This document shows positions 55,577 to 64,000 of a stretch of 64,000 nucleotides of DNA, one piece after another. How positions within the stretch are numbered: position 1 is the first letter of the stretch; the number at the start of each line of letters is the position of its first letter. The position numbers and the translations under genes were made by a program. The stretch covers positions 1 to 64,000 of the forward strand of contig JBGCFM010000074.1 of assembly GCA_045106895.1 (NCBI GenBank), in the 5' to 3' direction. The notes beneath the pieces are model-generated. The model was not told the DNA's origin, searched no databases, and saw nothing but the letters and a program-made list of their open reading frames with translations. The stretch comes from Polyangiales bacterium (GTDB lineage Bacteria > Myxococcota_A > Polyangia > Polyangiales > Houyiibacteriaceae).

Positions 55577-58500
55577 TAGCTGCGCAGGGACTCGACGTCG
55601 GTGACGAACTCGCTGAACAAAAGCGGGTCGAGCTTGTCCAAGGTGAGCTCGCCATGAATGCGCACCCCAGTCACCGTGTGCTCTCTCATCTCCGGGTTGC
55701 CCATCTCAATGGGCTCTTTCCAAAGAATGGCGGCGCTGACACCGGGGGCGAGCTCCTTGCTCGCGCTCACAAATGCGTAGGGGTCGCCACCCAGGGTCCA
55801 GCCGCGGGTCTTGAGGGCGAAGATGCGCCCCGTGTAGGCCTTGATATCGTGGGCGCGGACAAGCTCAAACTCGCCGACGTCGGCGGCGCTCGGCCGGTGC
55901 ACCGGCCGGCCAAGCTGAGCGAAAGGCTGACCGATCTCATAGTCGGCGAAGAGACTCCCCCACTGCTTGAGCTCGTCGTCGCTGATGTGAACAGGGTGGA
56001 CGACGCTGATTCGCGCGTCAGCAGCGAGCGTCACGTCGTCGTCGGCGGCGTTTGAGTAGCCGAGGTCGTCGCGAACGCGAAAGGTCGTGAGCGGCGCGCC
56101 ACTGCGCGCATGCGCAAACACCAAGCGCCGAGCGAGATGTCCGACGAAGGGGTGCCCCACGAGGTGCTTCTCGAACTCATGGGCGCTCCAGCTTCGTTCC
56201 GACGCCATCGCACGCTGGAGGCGCTCCACCTGGTCTTTGGCGAGCGCTTCGGCGTCCTTCTTCAGCGTCGACCACGTCTTCTTCGCGGCCTTCGCGAGGG
56301 CGCCGTCGTCGCTCTTGCGGACAGCGGGGATCTTCGCGACGCGCTCCCCCGCTTCGTCGTGGATGAGCGGATGAAGGTGTTCGTCGAAGGTGACAGTAAA
56401 GCGTCGCGGGCCGTAGTCGAGGGTGAGGGAGCCGCCGGCGTCGAGGCCAAGGCTCGGCGCCGTTTGGTCTTCGAGCTCATCCGCAGAGAGGCCACGCTCG
56501 GCGGCGATGTCTCCGAGGACTTGTTGCGCCGCCTTCTTGAGCCACGAGCGGCCGCGGCGAGACCATCGACCGAGGGGCATCAGGGCGACTTCGCTTCCGA
56601 TCATTCCGAGGGCCTCGAGGCCAGCAAGGGACACAGCTTTTCCTCCGTCGGCGGCCCACGCGTTGATCTGGCTAACGAGCCAGCGAGCGCTCTCGTCGTT
56701 GCCGAGGTGGCCCAAGGAATGCGCCGCCCACTTCCAAGCGGGCTTGGCGCCGGCGCTGGCACACGCCGAGCAAAGGCCGCTGGCAAAGGCGTTGGCGGAC
56801 GCGTCGTCGAGGCGCTCGGCGACCTGCTCGATGCCTGCGTAGGGCGGATCCACCTCCGAAAAGATGAGCATCTCCAGGAGGTATTTCGTGCTCTCTTCGC
56901 TGAGGGCCTCGCCGCTCGTGAGCCGCGGCCGAGGGAGGCGCTCCAAGTCGACCCAGGACGGAATCTTCGGCGGCCGAGTGGGCGCGTCGAGGAGAGGGTC
57001 CGCGTCGACGAGGGCAGCGACGGCGGCGTTCAGTTCAGCGGCGTTCAGTTCAGCAGCGTCCAACTCAGCGGCATTCGCGCCGGCGATGTCACCTCCGATG
57101 GACTTGATGACCTCGCCCTCCCCGGCGGCGACGAGCAAACGAAGCGCCGCCGTGGCGACCTTGCGGCGTTTTTTGTCGGCACCGAAGGCGTCCGGGAGCA
57201 GACCAGCGGCGGCGTGGCTTGGAAAACGAAGGAGCCAGCCACGCGCGACGCGTTTGGTCTTCGCTTTGAACGCCGCCGCCGCCATGAGCGCGGCAATCTT
57301 TGGCGTGCCTAAGTCGCGCAGGCCGGTGATGGTCTCCGGTTGAGTGACCATGCTCGCGACGTAGGGCGCGACGTCCGGACCAAGGCGCGCGACGAAGCTC
57401 CGCACTTGATCTGCATAGTTCCAGCGCCACCGCTCTTCTCCGGAGATCGTGGCGATGCAGCGCATGAGCGTCTCGTCATCGTAGACATGCGAGAGCTCCC
57501 AGATGTTTAGCTTCGGACGCGCGAGGGTCTTGTCGAGCTGGGCCTGCGTCCCCGGCCGGACAGCTCTCGCGCCTGCCGCGAGCGTCTTTTGCTCACTCTC
57601 ATCCAGCGCTAGCTCCGCCGGCAAGTCCAGCAGCGGAAGCTCGAAGCTCGCCTGGACGGCAGCCTTTCGTTTGCTTCGCCAAGGCGGCGCCCGGAGGACT
57701 GCCGGCAGCGCCTCCTCGCTGGCGATTGGCCCGAGGCCCTGCGCGATTGGTGTCTCAGCCTCAAGATTCGCGAGCATCACCTTCGCGGCCTCCCGCGGGC
57801 CTTTCTTTTTGGTGGCCGCGATGACCTCCGGGAGAACCATGCGGCCCAGCTCCGGGTGTCGCTCAAAATACGACGAGAGGATCGGCCGGACGCTCTTGTC
57901 CTGGATGAGCGAAGCCATCGCGCGGGCAGGCTCCACCCCCACGAACACGCTCATCGTGCGGGCCCACTCGGCCGAAGGACGGCGATGCGTGAGCAGCAGC
58001 GGGAGCACATCGAGACCCACCCGCCACACCAGCGTGAGGGCTTGGTCGTACCGGGTCCCAGAGCGCCGCCAGGTAAGCGCCGCCTTCGCTTCATCGACGT
58101 TCGTCGCCATCGCAAAGAGCCCCCAGCCGTACGCTTTGCTGGCAAAAACCGCAGCCCGCAGGTCCGCGTCTTCGCTGAGGACGAACGCAGCGAACACATA
58201 AGCTTGATGACCGGCGTCGAAGCCCGAGGACCACTCGCGAAGCCAAGCCCGCGCTTCCTCGTACTCACCCTGCGGCGCGAAGGCCATGAGGTGACGTAAC
58301 GCCGTCCACGCATCGCCTGACCAGCGATGAGCGTGGGGGTCCTTGTGCGGCGACAAGTCGAAACGCGCCGCGGGCTTGCGCTTGGAATCGTAGATGAGGA
58401 AACGAAACTCTGTGCTGCGAACCAGCGCCTTGAACGCCGCGAGCAAGCCGTACTTTTGCGCCCACAAATGCACCGCGCGCGCCGAGATGCTCTCTCGCCG

Positions 58501-58821
58501 CTGCATCGTCACGTAAGCAACGCTCACATGAAGGCACGCCGCCTCCAGCTCCGCGTCGAAGCCCGTAGGCTCCTCCCCGGCCAAACGCCCACGAACCCGC
58601 GCCAACAGCTCCTTGTCCGCGGACTTCGCCAGCGCCTCACCGGCGGCCCATCGAGGCGGATCTTCGGCGAGAGCAGCGACGCCACTCTTGAACACCGTCG
58701 AGGCCTTGAGCCTCGGCCTCGCGCGCGCCGGCGGCTCCATCCCGCGATGTGGGAGGACATGTTTCTTGAGCTCGTCGGTCCACTCGAGGAAGGGCTTGGC
58801 GTAGTCGACGGCGGACGGCAT
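55576..58821 (-). CDS. DUF4132 domain protein
   Basis: GLSADELED...P.LGLD..G...LDYGPRRF, HPFVGHLARRLVF, VVHP, FADYEIGQPFAQLGR, LDPLLFSE. Confidence 0.85.
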   Translation of the reverse strand: MPSAVDYAKPFLEWTDELKKHVLPHRGMEPPARARPRLKASTVFKSGVAALAEDPPRWAAGEALAKSADKELLARVRGRLAGEEPTGFDAELEAACLHVSVAYVTMQRRESISARAVHLWAQKYGLLAAFKALVRSTEFRFLIYDSKRKPAARFDLSPHKDPHAHRWSGDAWTALRHLMAFAPQGEYEEARAWLREWSSGFDAGHQAYVFAAFVLSEDADLRAAVFASKAYGWGLFAMATNVDEAKAALTWRRSGTRYDQALTLVWRVGLDVLPLLLTHRRPSAEWARTMSVFVGVEPARAMASLIQDKSVRPILSSYFERHPELGRMVLPEVIAATKKKGPREAAKVMLANLEAETPIAQGLGPIASEEALPAVLRAPPWRSKRKAAVQASFELPLLDLPAELALDESEQKTLAAGARAVRPGTQAQLDKTLARPKLNIWELSHVYDDETLMRCIATISGEERWRWNYADQVRSFVARLGPDVAPYVASMVTQPETITGLRDLGTPKIAALMAAAAFKAKTKRVARGWLLRFPSHAAAGLLPDAFGADKKRRKVATAALRLLVAAGEGEVIKSIGGDIAGANAAELDAAELNAAELNAAVAALVDADPLLDAPTRPPKIPSWVDLERLPRPRLTSGEALSEESTKYLLEMLIFSEVDPPYAGIEQVAERLDDASANAFASGLCSACASAGAKPAWKWAAHSLGHLGNDESARWLVSQINAWAADGGKAVSLAGLEALGMIGSEVALMPLGRWSRRGRSWLKKAAQQVLGDIAAERGLSADELEDQTAPSLGLDAGGSLTLDYGPRRFTVTFDEHLHPLIHDEAGERVAKIPAVRKSDDGALAKAAKKTWSTLKKDAEALAKDQVERLQRAMASERSWSAHEFEKHLVGHPFVGHLARRLVFAHARSGAPLTTFRVRDDLGYSNAADDDVTLAADARISVVHPVHISDDELKQWGSLFADYEIGQPFAQLGRPVHRPSAADVGEFELVRAHDIKAYTGRIFALKTRGWTLGGDPYAFVSASKELAPGVSAAILWKEPIEMGNPEMREHTVTGVRIHGELTLDKLDPLLFSEFVTDVESLRS
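57026..57076. repeat. in-frame 15-bp tandem repeat x3 (AAELD/AAELN)
   Basis: gcgttcagttcagcg gcgttcagttcagca gcgtccaactcagcg. Confidence 0.8.
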
Positions 58822-58883
58822 GGGCGGATGGTAGGGGACTCGCGGGCCTTGTTGAAGTGGCGCGTTGACGGCCAGGCGGGGGT

Positions 58884-61800
58884 CTACCCGGCGGCCAGCT
58901 TCGCGGCCTGGAAGAACTCCGCAGGCATGGGCCGCTCCATTTCCCACTCGATGCGCATGGGTCGGTCGCCTTCGTGGCGAAGATAGCGGACTGCGCCGAG
59001 GTTCATGTATGCCATGGCTGCTCCGCGTTCGTCTTTCTGCCGCTGTCGAACGAAGAGCAACGCCCGTTGCTCACCATGTCCGATATCTAAGTAGCGCTTT
59101 CCCGTCGGCGTGCCTGCATGACACGTGCTCTGGCTCTCCCAATGAAAGCGCCGCGGACTCATGGGGTAATCCTGGTACATCGTCGTCGCCGTGAACGTCT
59201 TTTCGCTCTTCTGAAGCGTCACGAAGAAGAGGTCCGTTCGCTGCTTGGACAGGTAGTAGACACCGGTCTGAGTCTTTTTGACGCCGCCCTTCTTGGTGCG
59301 CTCGTCGAAGGCCGCCAATATCTCGAATCGCGTATAGGTGGCGTGATCGGCGAGAGGCGCACCGCCCCGGGGAAAGCTCACACGACGACATCGGTTGGCG
59401 AGCACGCCCATGAGCTCTCGCAGCTCACGACGAAGCCAGTCGTTCCGCCAGATGCGGTCCCACGTGGTTTGCATCTCATCGAAAGACTCACTGGCACGAA
59501 GCAGAACAAAGAACATCCGCTGCATCGCACTGTCCGGAGTCGCCCGCAGTCGCTTGCCACGGAGGAAAGACTCAAAGGCGTCGAGGCGTGCGAAGTCATC
59601 GATATGCAGGGTGCGCCGAAATGCCTTCTCAATGGCGCCATCCACGCTATCCGGCTGGCGTGTCTCAAAGCCGGCCCAACGCCGAAGGTCCGTCCAACAC
59701 CCGCTGCTGTACACATCCTCCAGCTCAAAGCCCGTCTCTCGCAGAAACACGTCGAGGCTCACATCACCCAGCGCCTTCAGGTCGTCGACGAGGGACTTTC
59801 GCCCACGGCCCACCGCCGCGCGGATGTTCTCGAGCACAGACTTCTGGGCTTGGCGATCGAGCTGGATCACGCAGCCACTCGGCAGCAACGGGAAGCCGTC
59901 TTCGATGTGCTTCTCGATGGACTTTCGAGTGCCGCCAAGGAGCGCCCGATAGCGCGCGTCGAACCGAAACTTTCGATGAGCATCGCCAATAAAGTCGAGG
60001 ACGGTGCAGCATTCCTTGTCCGATGAGAGGCGTAGACCTCGACCGAGTTGCTGCAGAAACACCGTCGCGCTCTCCGTGGGCCTCAGGAAGAGGATGGTGT
60101 CGACCTTCGGGATGTCGACGCCCTCGTTGTAGAGGTCAACGCTGAAGATGATGTTCACCTCACCGCTCTCCAGCTGACGCCGCACCAAGTCTCTTTCAAC
60201 AGTCGTGGAGCGCGCACTCACCACAGCGGCGGCGATGCCTGCGTCGCTAAACTGCTTCGTCATGAACTCGGCGTGCCGAATGTCCACGCAGAACCCGAGG
60301 GCTCGCATCTGGCTCACGTCCGTGATCTTGGCGACGGTTTCTTGGATGACGCGTCGGGCAAACATGTGATCCGCCGTGTAGACCGCTCCGAGCTCCCGCA
60401 CCTGATAGCGGCCGCCGGACCACTTCACTCCGCGCAGGTCGGGGCCGTTGCCGATGCCGAAATACTGAAAGGGCGAGAGCAGGTCCTGGTCCAGAGCCTT
60501 CCAAAGCCGAAGCTCCGAGGCGATGCGGCCGTCAAACCATCCGAGGACACTCTTTCCGTCTGTGCGCTCCGGCGTGGCGGTGAGCCCAACGAGCACTTTC
60601 GGTGTCAGGTGCTCTAGAAGGCGCTCGTAGGTGGGCGCGCGCGCGTGGTGGAACTCGTCGACGATCACAACGTCGAAGTAGTCCGCAGGAATTTCCTCGA
60701 GCCGGTCTGCGTGAAGCGACTGAACCGAGGCGAAGACGTGCTCGTAGGCAGCGGGCGTATCGCCGCCTGCGAGGCGTTCGCCAAACCCTCCGTCGCGGAG
60801 CACCGTCTGAAACGTAGCCATGCTCTGGTCGAGGATCTCTTTTCGGTGCGCGACAAAGAGGAGGCGAGCCCGAGGAAGTTCGTTACGAATCCGCTTGTAG
60901 TCGAGGGCCGCAACAATGGTCTTGCCGGTGCCCGTCGCCGCCACGACGAGGTTCCGCGTGTGCCCACGACTACGCTCCGCGTAGAGCGCGTCGAGGATCT
61001 CCTGCTGGTGTGCCCGAGGTTGAATATCCAGCTTTAGATAGAGCGAGAGACGCGAGCGCTTGGCACGCTGTATCGCCTCTTGAAACTGCTCAGGGTCGTA
61101 GCTCTGGAAGACGGGGTCATCCCAATACTGTGAAAACGTCGCCCCGAACTTCTTCAGAATCGCCGCGTTGTCCACCTGTGACACCCGAACATTCCACTCC
61201 ACGCCGTCGAGCATGGCCGCGTGGGACAGGTTCGAAGAACCGATGGCCGCCGTCGAGAATCCAGAAGCGCGATAGAAGAGCCATGCCTTTGCGTGCAAAC
61301 GTGTGCGCTGCGTGTCGTAGCTGACCTTCAGCTCGGCGCCCATGCGTACCAGCTCATCCAGCGCGCGACGCTCCGTCGCGCTCATATAGGCGGTGGTCAG
61401 AACGCGAAGCGCGCCGCGTTTGCACAACGCTTCCAGCTCCGGCAGCACCAGTCGCAGACCGCTCCACTTCAGAAACGAGCAAAGCAAGTCCACGCGGTCG
61501 GCGGAAGCAATCTCCTTCTTCAGCTCTGGACCGATGCTGAGGTCATGTCGTCCGTTGACCAAAAGCGCGCTCTGAGAAAGCGGCAACCCTGGGTAGCGCG
61601 GAACATGTGGCTTCTTCGGCGGAGCGACGGGCGTGAGGACCGCACGAAGAACGCGACCTGGCGACGCAAGGTGGTCACCGGCCAGCACCACTCCAGGCGA
61701 CGCTTCAGTGAGTTTCACGAGGAGCTCGTTCACCAGGCTGACCTGCGCATCCACCCGGCCCTCTACCGGTAGCGACTCCAAAACACGGACCAAGCGCGCT

Positions 61801-61940
61801 TGCAGCACGCGGCTGAAGGCGAGTGCGGAGGCGCCCGCATCGACGTCTTCGACGCGCACGAGCTCGGACTGGATGCCTCGAAGCTCGTCGTCGACTTCGA
61901 CGGTGACAGGTTGGTCGTAGAGGCCGGTCTTCAGAGGCAT
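58884..61940 (-). CDS. PLD-nuclease / SF2 helicase / DUF3427 protein (SauUSI-like modification-dependent restriction architecture)
   Basis: RLHAKAW...GSSNLS..A...GVEWN (PLD); ATGTGKT, DEFHH, GLTATPER, EGVDIP, QQLGRGLR; Y.DY......FHWESQ (DUF3427). Confidence 0.88.
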   Translation of the reverse strand: MPLKTGLYDQPVTVEVDDELRGIQSELVRVEDVDAGASALAFSRVLQARLVRVLESLPVEGRVDAQVSLVNELLVKLTEASPGVVLAGDHLASPGRVLRAVLTPVAPPKKPHVPRYPGLPLSQSALLVNGRHDLSIGPELKKEIASADRVDLLCSFLKWSGLRLVLPELEALCKRGALRVLTTAYMSATERRALDELVRMGAELKVSYDTQRTRLHAKAWLFYRASGFSTAAIGSSNLSHAAMLDGVEWNVRVSQVDNAAILKKFGATFSQYWDDPVFQSYDPEQFQEAIQRAKRSRLSLYLKLDIQPRAHQQEILDALYAERSRGHTRNLVVAATGTGKTIVAALDYKRIRNELPRARLLFVAHRKEILDQSMATFQTVLRDGGFGERLAGGDTPAAYEHVFASVQSLHADRLEEIPADYFDVVIVDEFHHARAPTYERLLEHLTPKVLVGLTATPERTDGKSVLGWFDGRIASELRLWKALDQDLLSPFQYFGIGNGPDLRGVKWSGGRYQVRELGAVYTADHMFARRVIQETVAKITDVSQMRALGFCVDIRHAEFMTKQFSDAGIAAAVVSARSTTVERDLVRRQLESGEVNIIFSVDLYNEGVDIPKVDTILFLRPTESATVFLQQLGRGLRLSSDKECCTVLDFIGDAHRKFRFDARYRALLGGTRKSIEKHIEDGFPLLPSGCVIQLDRQAQKSVLENIRAAVGRGRKSLVDDLKALGDVSLDVFLRETGFELEDVYSSGCWTDLRRWAGFETRQPDSVDGAIEKAFRRTLHIDDFARLDAFESFLRGKRLRATPDSAMQRMFFVLLRASESFDEMQTTWDRIWRNDWLRRELRELMGVLANRCRRVSFPRGGAPLADHATYTRFEILAAFDERTKKGGVKKTQTGVYYLSKQRTDLFFVTLQKSEKTFTATTMYQDYPMSPRRFHWESQSTCHAGTPTGKRYLDIGHGEQRALLFVRQRQKDERGAAMAYMNLGAVRYLRHEGDRPMRIEWEMERPMPAEFFQAAKLAAG

Positions 61941-62217
61941 TGAAGGCAGTGTCTCACACGGCACAACGGCTTCTCTTCGAGCTTTCGCTTCGTTTTCGCC
62001 AATCCGGAAACGATCAACGAATGACACTCTCACACCTTCAAAGCGCCACAAGAGGCTCACTTTGTTCGTTTTGTCTCCGCGATCTGCAACCTTGGCATCC
62101 AAGGTTGAAGGCCTCACTCAAGATGAACCAAGGAGGCTTCCTCGCTCAACCGCGTCTGACGCGGAAGGTGAGTGCGGGCGCAGGTTGCGTTCCGGGGCCG
62201 TTACGTCCGCGGTCTAT

Positions 62218-63241
62218 TCAGCCATCGTCTTCCTCGCTCCCGGTGATCTTCTTCGCATCGCTCACGAAACGGTCGAAGTCCGATTCGAACTCCGCGTCTT
62301 GCACCTGGCGAAACGAGTCATACTCCGCTTCAGCTTTGATCCTCGCCACCGCTGACCTGAGCGTGCCTTTGTCCGTCAGCACTTCGTAACTGTTGAGCTT
62401 GAGGAAGTCGTCGAGGAACGTAGCCCACTGGGCCATCTTTGTGACCAGCCCGCGGCGCGCGCGGTTCTCCGCGAGGTCGAGGTAGGCGGACACTAGCCCG
62501 TTGAGCTCGGCGATGGCGTCTTGGCTCAAATAGTTCTTGGCCACGGACACGTCGGACTTGAGCACTTTGCCGTCCGGCGCCTGCTTCCAGTTTGTGAGCC
62601 CATGTGCGGCTGGGCGGCATCGGCGCGCTCGTTGATGATCTCGGCAGCGGTCTGCCCGCTGATGGCGAAGTGCAGTTTGTTTTGCACGGAGGCAAAGAAC
62701 TCGCGTGTCGTTGGCGCTCGCCCGTCGTAGTCCGGCGCCGTGCGTAGAGATCGGTGATCTTCTGGTAGAAGCGCCGCTCACTCGCGCGGATCTCGCGAAT
62801 ACGCTCGAGTAGCTCTTCGAAGTAGTCTTTGCCGAAGGCGGTGCGGCCCTGCTTGAGACGTTCGTCGTGGAGGACAAAACCCTTGACCATGTACTCCCGC
62901 AACGTGGCCGTGGCCCAAATGCGAAACTGCGTCGCTTCAAAGCTGTTGACCCGGTAGCCAACAGCAATGATGGCATCGAGGTTGTAGTGCTTGGTCCAGT
63001 AGACTTTGCCGTCGGCGGCAGTTGTTTCCAAATTGGAAACAACTGCTTTCTCCTGCAGTTCCGAGGACTTGAAGATGTTTGCGAGATGCTTACTCACAGC
63101 GGGGACGCCGACGCCGAACAGCTCCGCCAGCGCCTTCTGAGGCAGCCACACCGTCTCTTCGCGAAGCAGCACATGGACGCGCACGGCGCCGCTGGGCGCT
63201 GTGTACAGCAAGAAGTCCGCCCCGTCGCTCTCATCGTTCAT
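62218..63241 (-). pseudogene. RhuM (Virulence_RhuM) family gene with two single-base deletions
   Basis: WLPQKALAELF, YNLDAIIAVGYRVNS, IREIRASERRFYQKITD; frameshift ~62741; FFASVQNKLH; frameshift ~62600; GLTNWK...AKNYL...SDFDRF. Confidence 0.85.
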
Positions 63242-63564
63242 CCGACCACTTTCGCACCGGCATGTGACATCACCGTTGTCATCGTAAGCGCCGTTAACCT
63301 TTCCGTTGCCTGCCTCGTCGAGCGTCGGAACCGGCGGCTCGATGAACATGCTCCTTTTTCGGACCCCGTCTCCGACAGACCAAACGCCGCGCGCTTACAG
63401 GAAAGCTCACCAAGAATCGCATCAATGCGCGCTTTGCGAGAGCGCGCCAGATCGATGAGGTCGCCCGTCCTGCGCCGGTCATCGGCTTCCAGCTCATAGT
63501 AGTCCACGTTCTCAAGGAGCTCATCGTGGTTGAGTTGAGCCAGGAGCCCCCGCTTGCTGAGCAT
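63238..63564 (-). other. short, possibly degenerate ORF upstream of rhuM
   Basis: helical N-terminus LAQLNHDELL...ILGELS...GLSETGSEK, then low-plausibility sequence; stop overlaps the rhuM ATG. Confidence 0.35.
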
Positions 63565-63650
63565 GGCCGGCAGCGTATTCGTAAAGGCTAGGTGCCGTCA
63601 GTAAGGAACTGAGGATTCAGGAGCTGCAGCTGTCCCGGCATTTCCAACCG

Positions 63651-64000
63651 TCATGGGGAGCTTGCTGGTTGCGACGCCAGCGCCGCCACGTCTGCGAGGT
63701 CCTGGGGTCGACCTGATGCGGTCTTGTTAGTGACCAGGTCTGCGCGGCTAATCAACGAAACGGAGAGCTTGCCCAAGGTGATGGTCTTCGCTCGTCCGAT
63801 GACTTCGTCTGTGTCGATGCCGTCCGCGTTGACGAGGATGTCGATGCGCAGTGGGGGCACGCCCATATAGACCACTTCGTTCGGCGCGAGCTGGGCGGCG
63901 GCTTTCGTCACGTTTGGGGGCGCACCGAAGGTGTCCAGAGCGTGCGTCAGTCTCTGCCGGTTGTCGCCGCGGATGGACACCAAGACATCAAGGTCCTTCG
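63651..64000 (-). CDS. nucleotidyltransferase-fold protein (5' end lies beyond the window)
   Basis: frame is open to the window edge with KDLDVLV; PPLRIDIL; NK.ASGRPQDLADV. Confidence 0.75.
   Translation of the reverse strand, partial: KDLDVLVSIRGDNRQRLTHALDTFGAPPNVTKAAAQLAPNEVVYMGVPPLRIDILVNADGIDTDEVIGRAKTITLGKLSVSLISRADLVTNKTASGRPQDLADVAALASQPASSP

Noticed and set aside
62140..62215. Integron attC site
   Set aside because: Only weak AAC...GTT ends, no convincing paired L boxes, no array and no integrase.
1..64000. tRNA, rRNA, riboswitch or IS elements
   Set aside because: None was recognisable by eye in the intergenic gaps; tRNAscan-SE, Infernal and ISEScan would be needed to exclude them formally.

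Overview
High-GC bacterial chromosomal segment. Its gene content (MYXO-CTERM and myxobacterial Cys-rich repeat protein, a DUF1592/DUF1552 pair, three Hanks-type kinases, an MXAN_5187-type C-terminal domain, many lipoproteins) points to Myxococcota, probably Polyangiales/Sandaracinaceae-like; the taxonomy is inferred. Housekeeping genes (rsmC, hslO, an isocitrate/isopropylmalate dehydrogenase, rpsT, coaX, pcnB, nagZ, xth, hflX) alternate with accessory blocks. (i) A block downstream of rpsT (~11.2-20.6 kb) carries an RCC1-lipoprotein/Ser-Thr kinase/TPR operon, a winged-helix regulator, a DUF1592-DUF1552 pair and a triply frameshifted FGE-sulfatase remnant. (ii) A ~1385-aa Cys-rich adhesin-like protein. 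(iii) A second kinase/TPR/lipoprotein cassette with an orphan solute-binding domain. (iv) arsR-arsM. (v) A right-hand defence-like region with a PLD-helicase-DUF3427 (SauUSI-like) gene, a DUF4132 protein, a frameshifted rhuM, a separate miniature RhuM-like gene and a partial nucleotidyltransferase. The best candidate for an undescribed system is the recurring kinase + TPR + variable-sensor-lipoprotein cassette. I saw no rRNA, tRNA, CRISPR array, transposase, integrase or reverse transcriptase. All family assignments come from motif recognition by eye, with no database searches.
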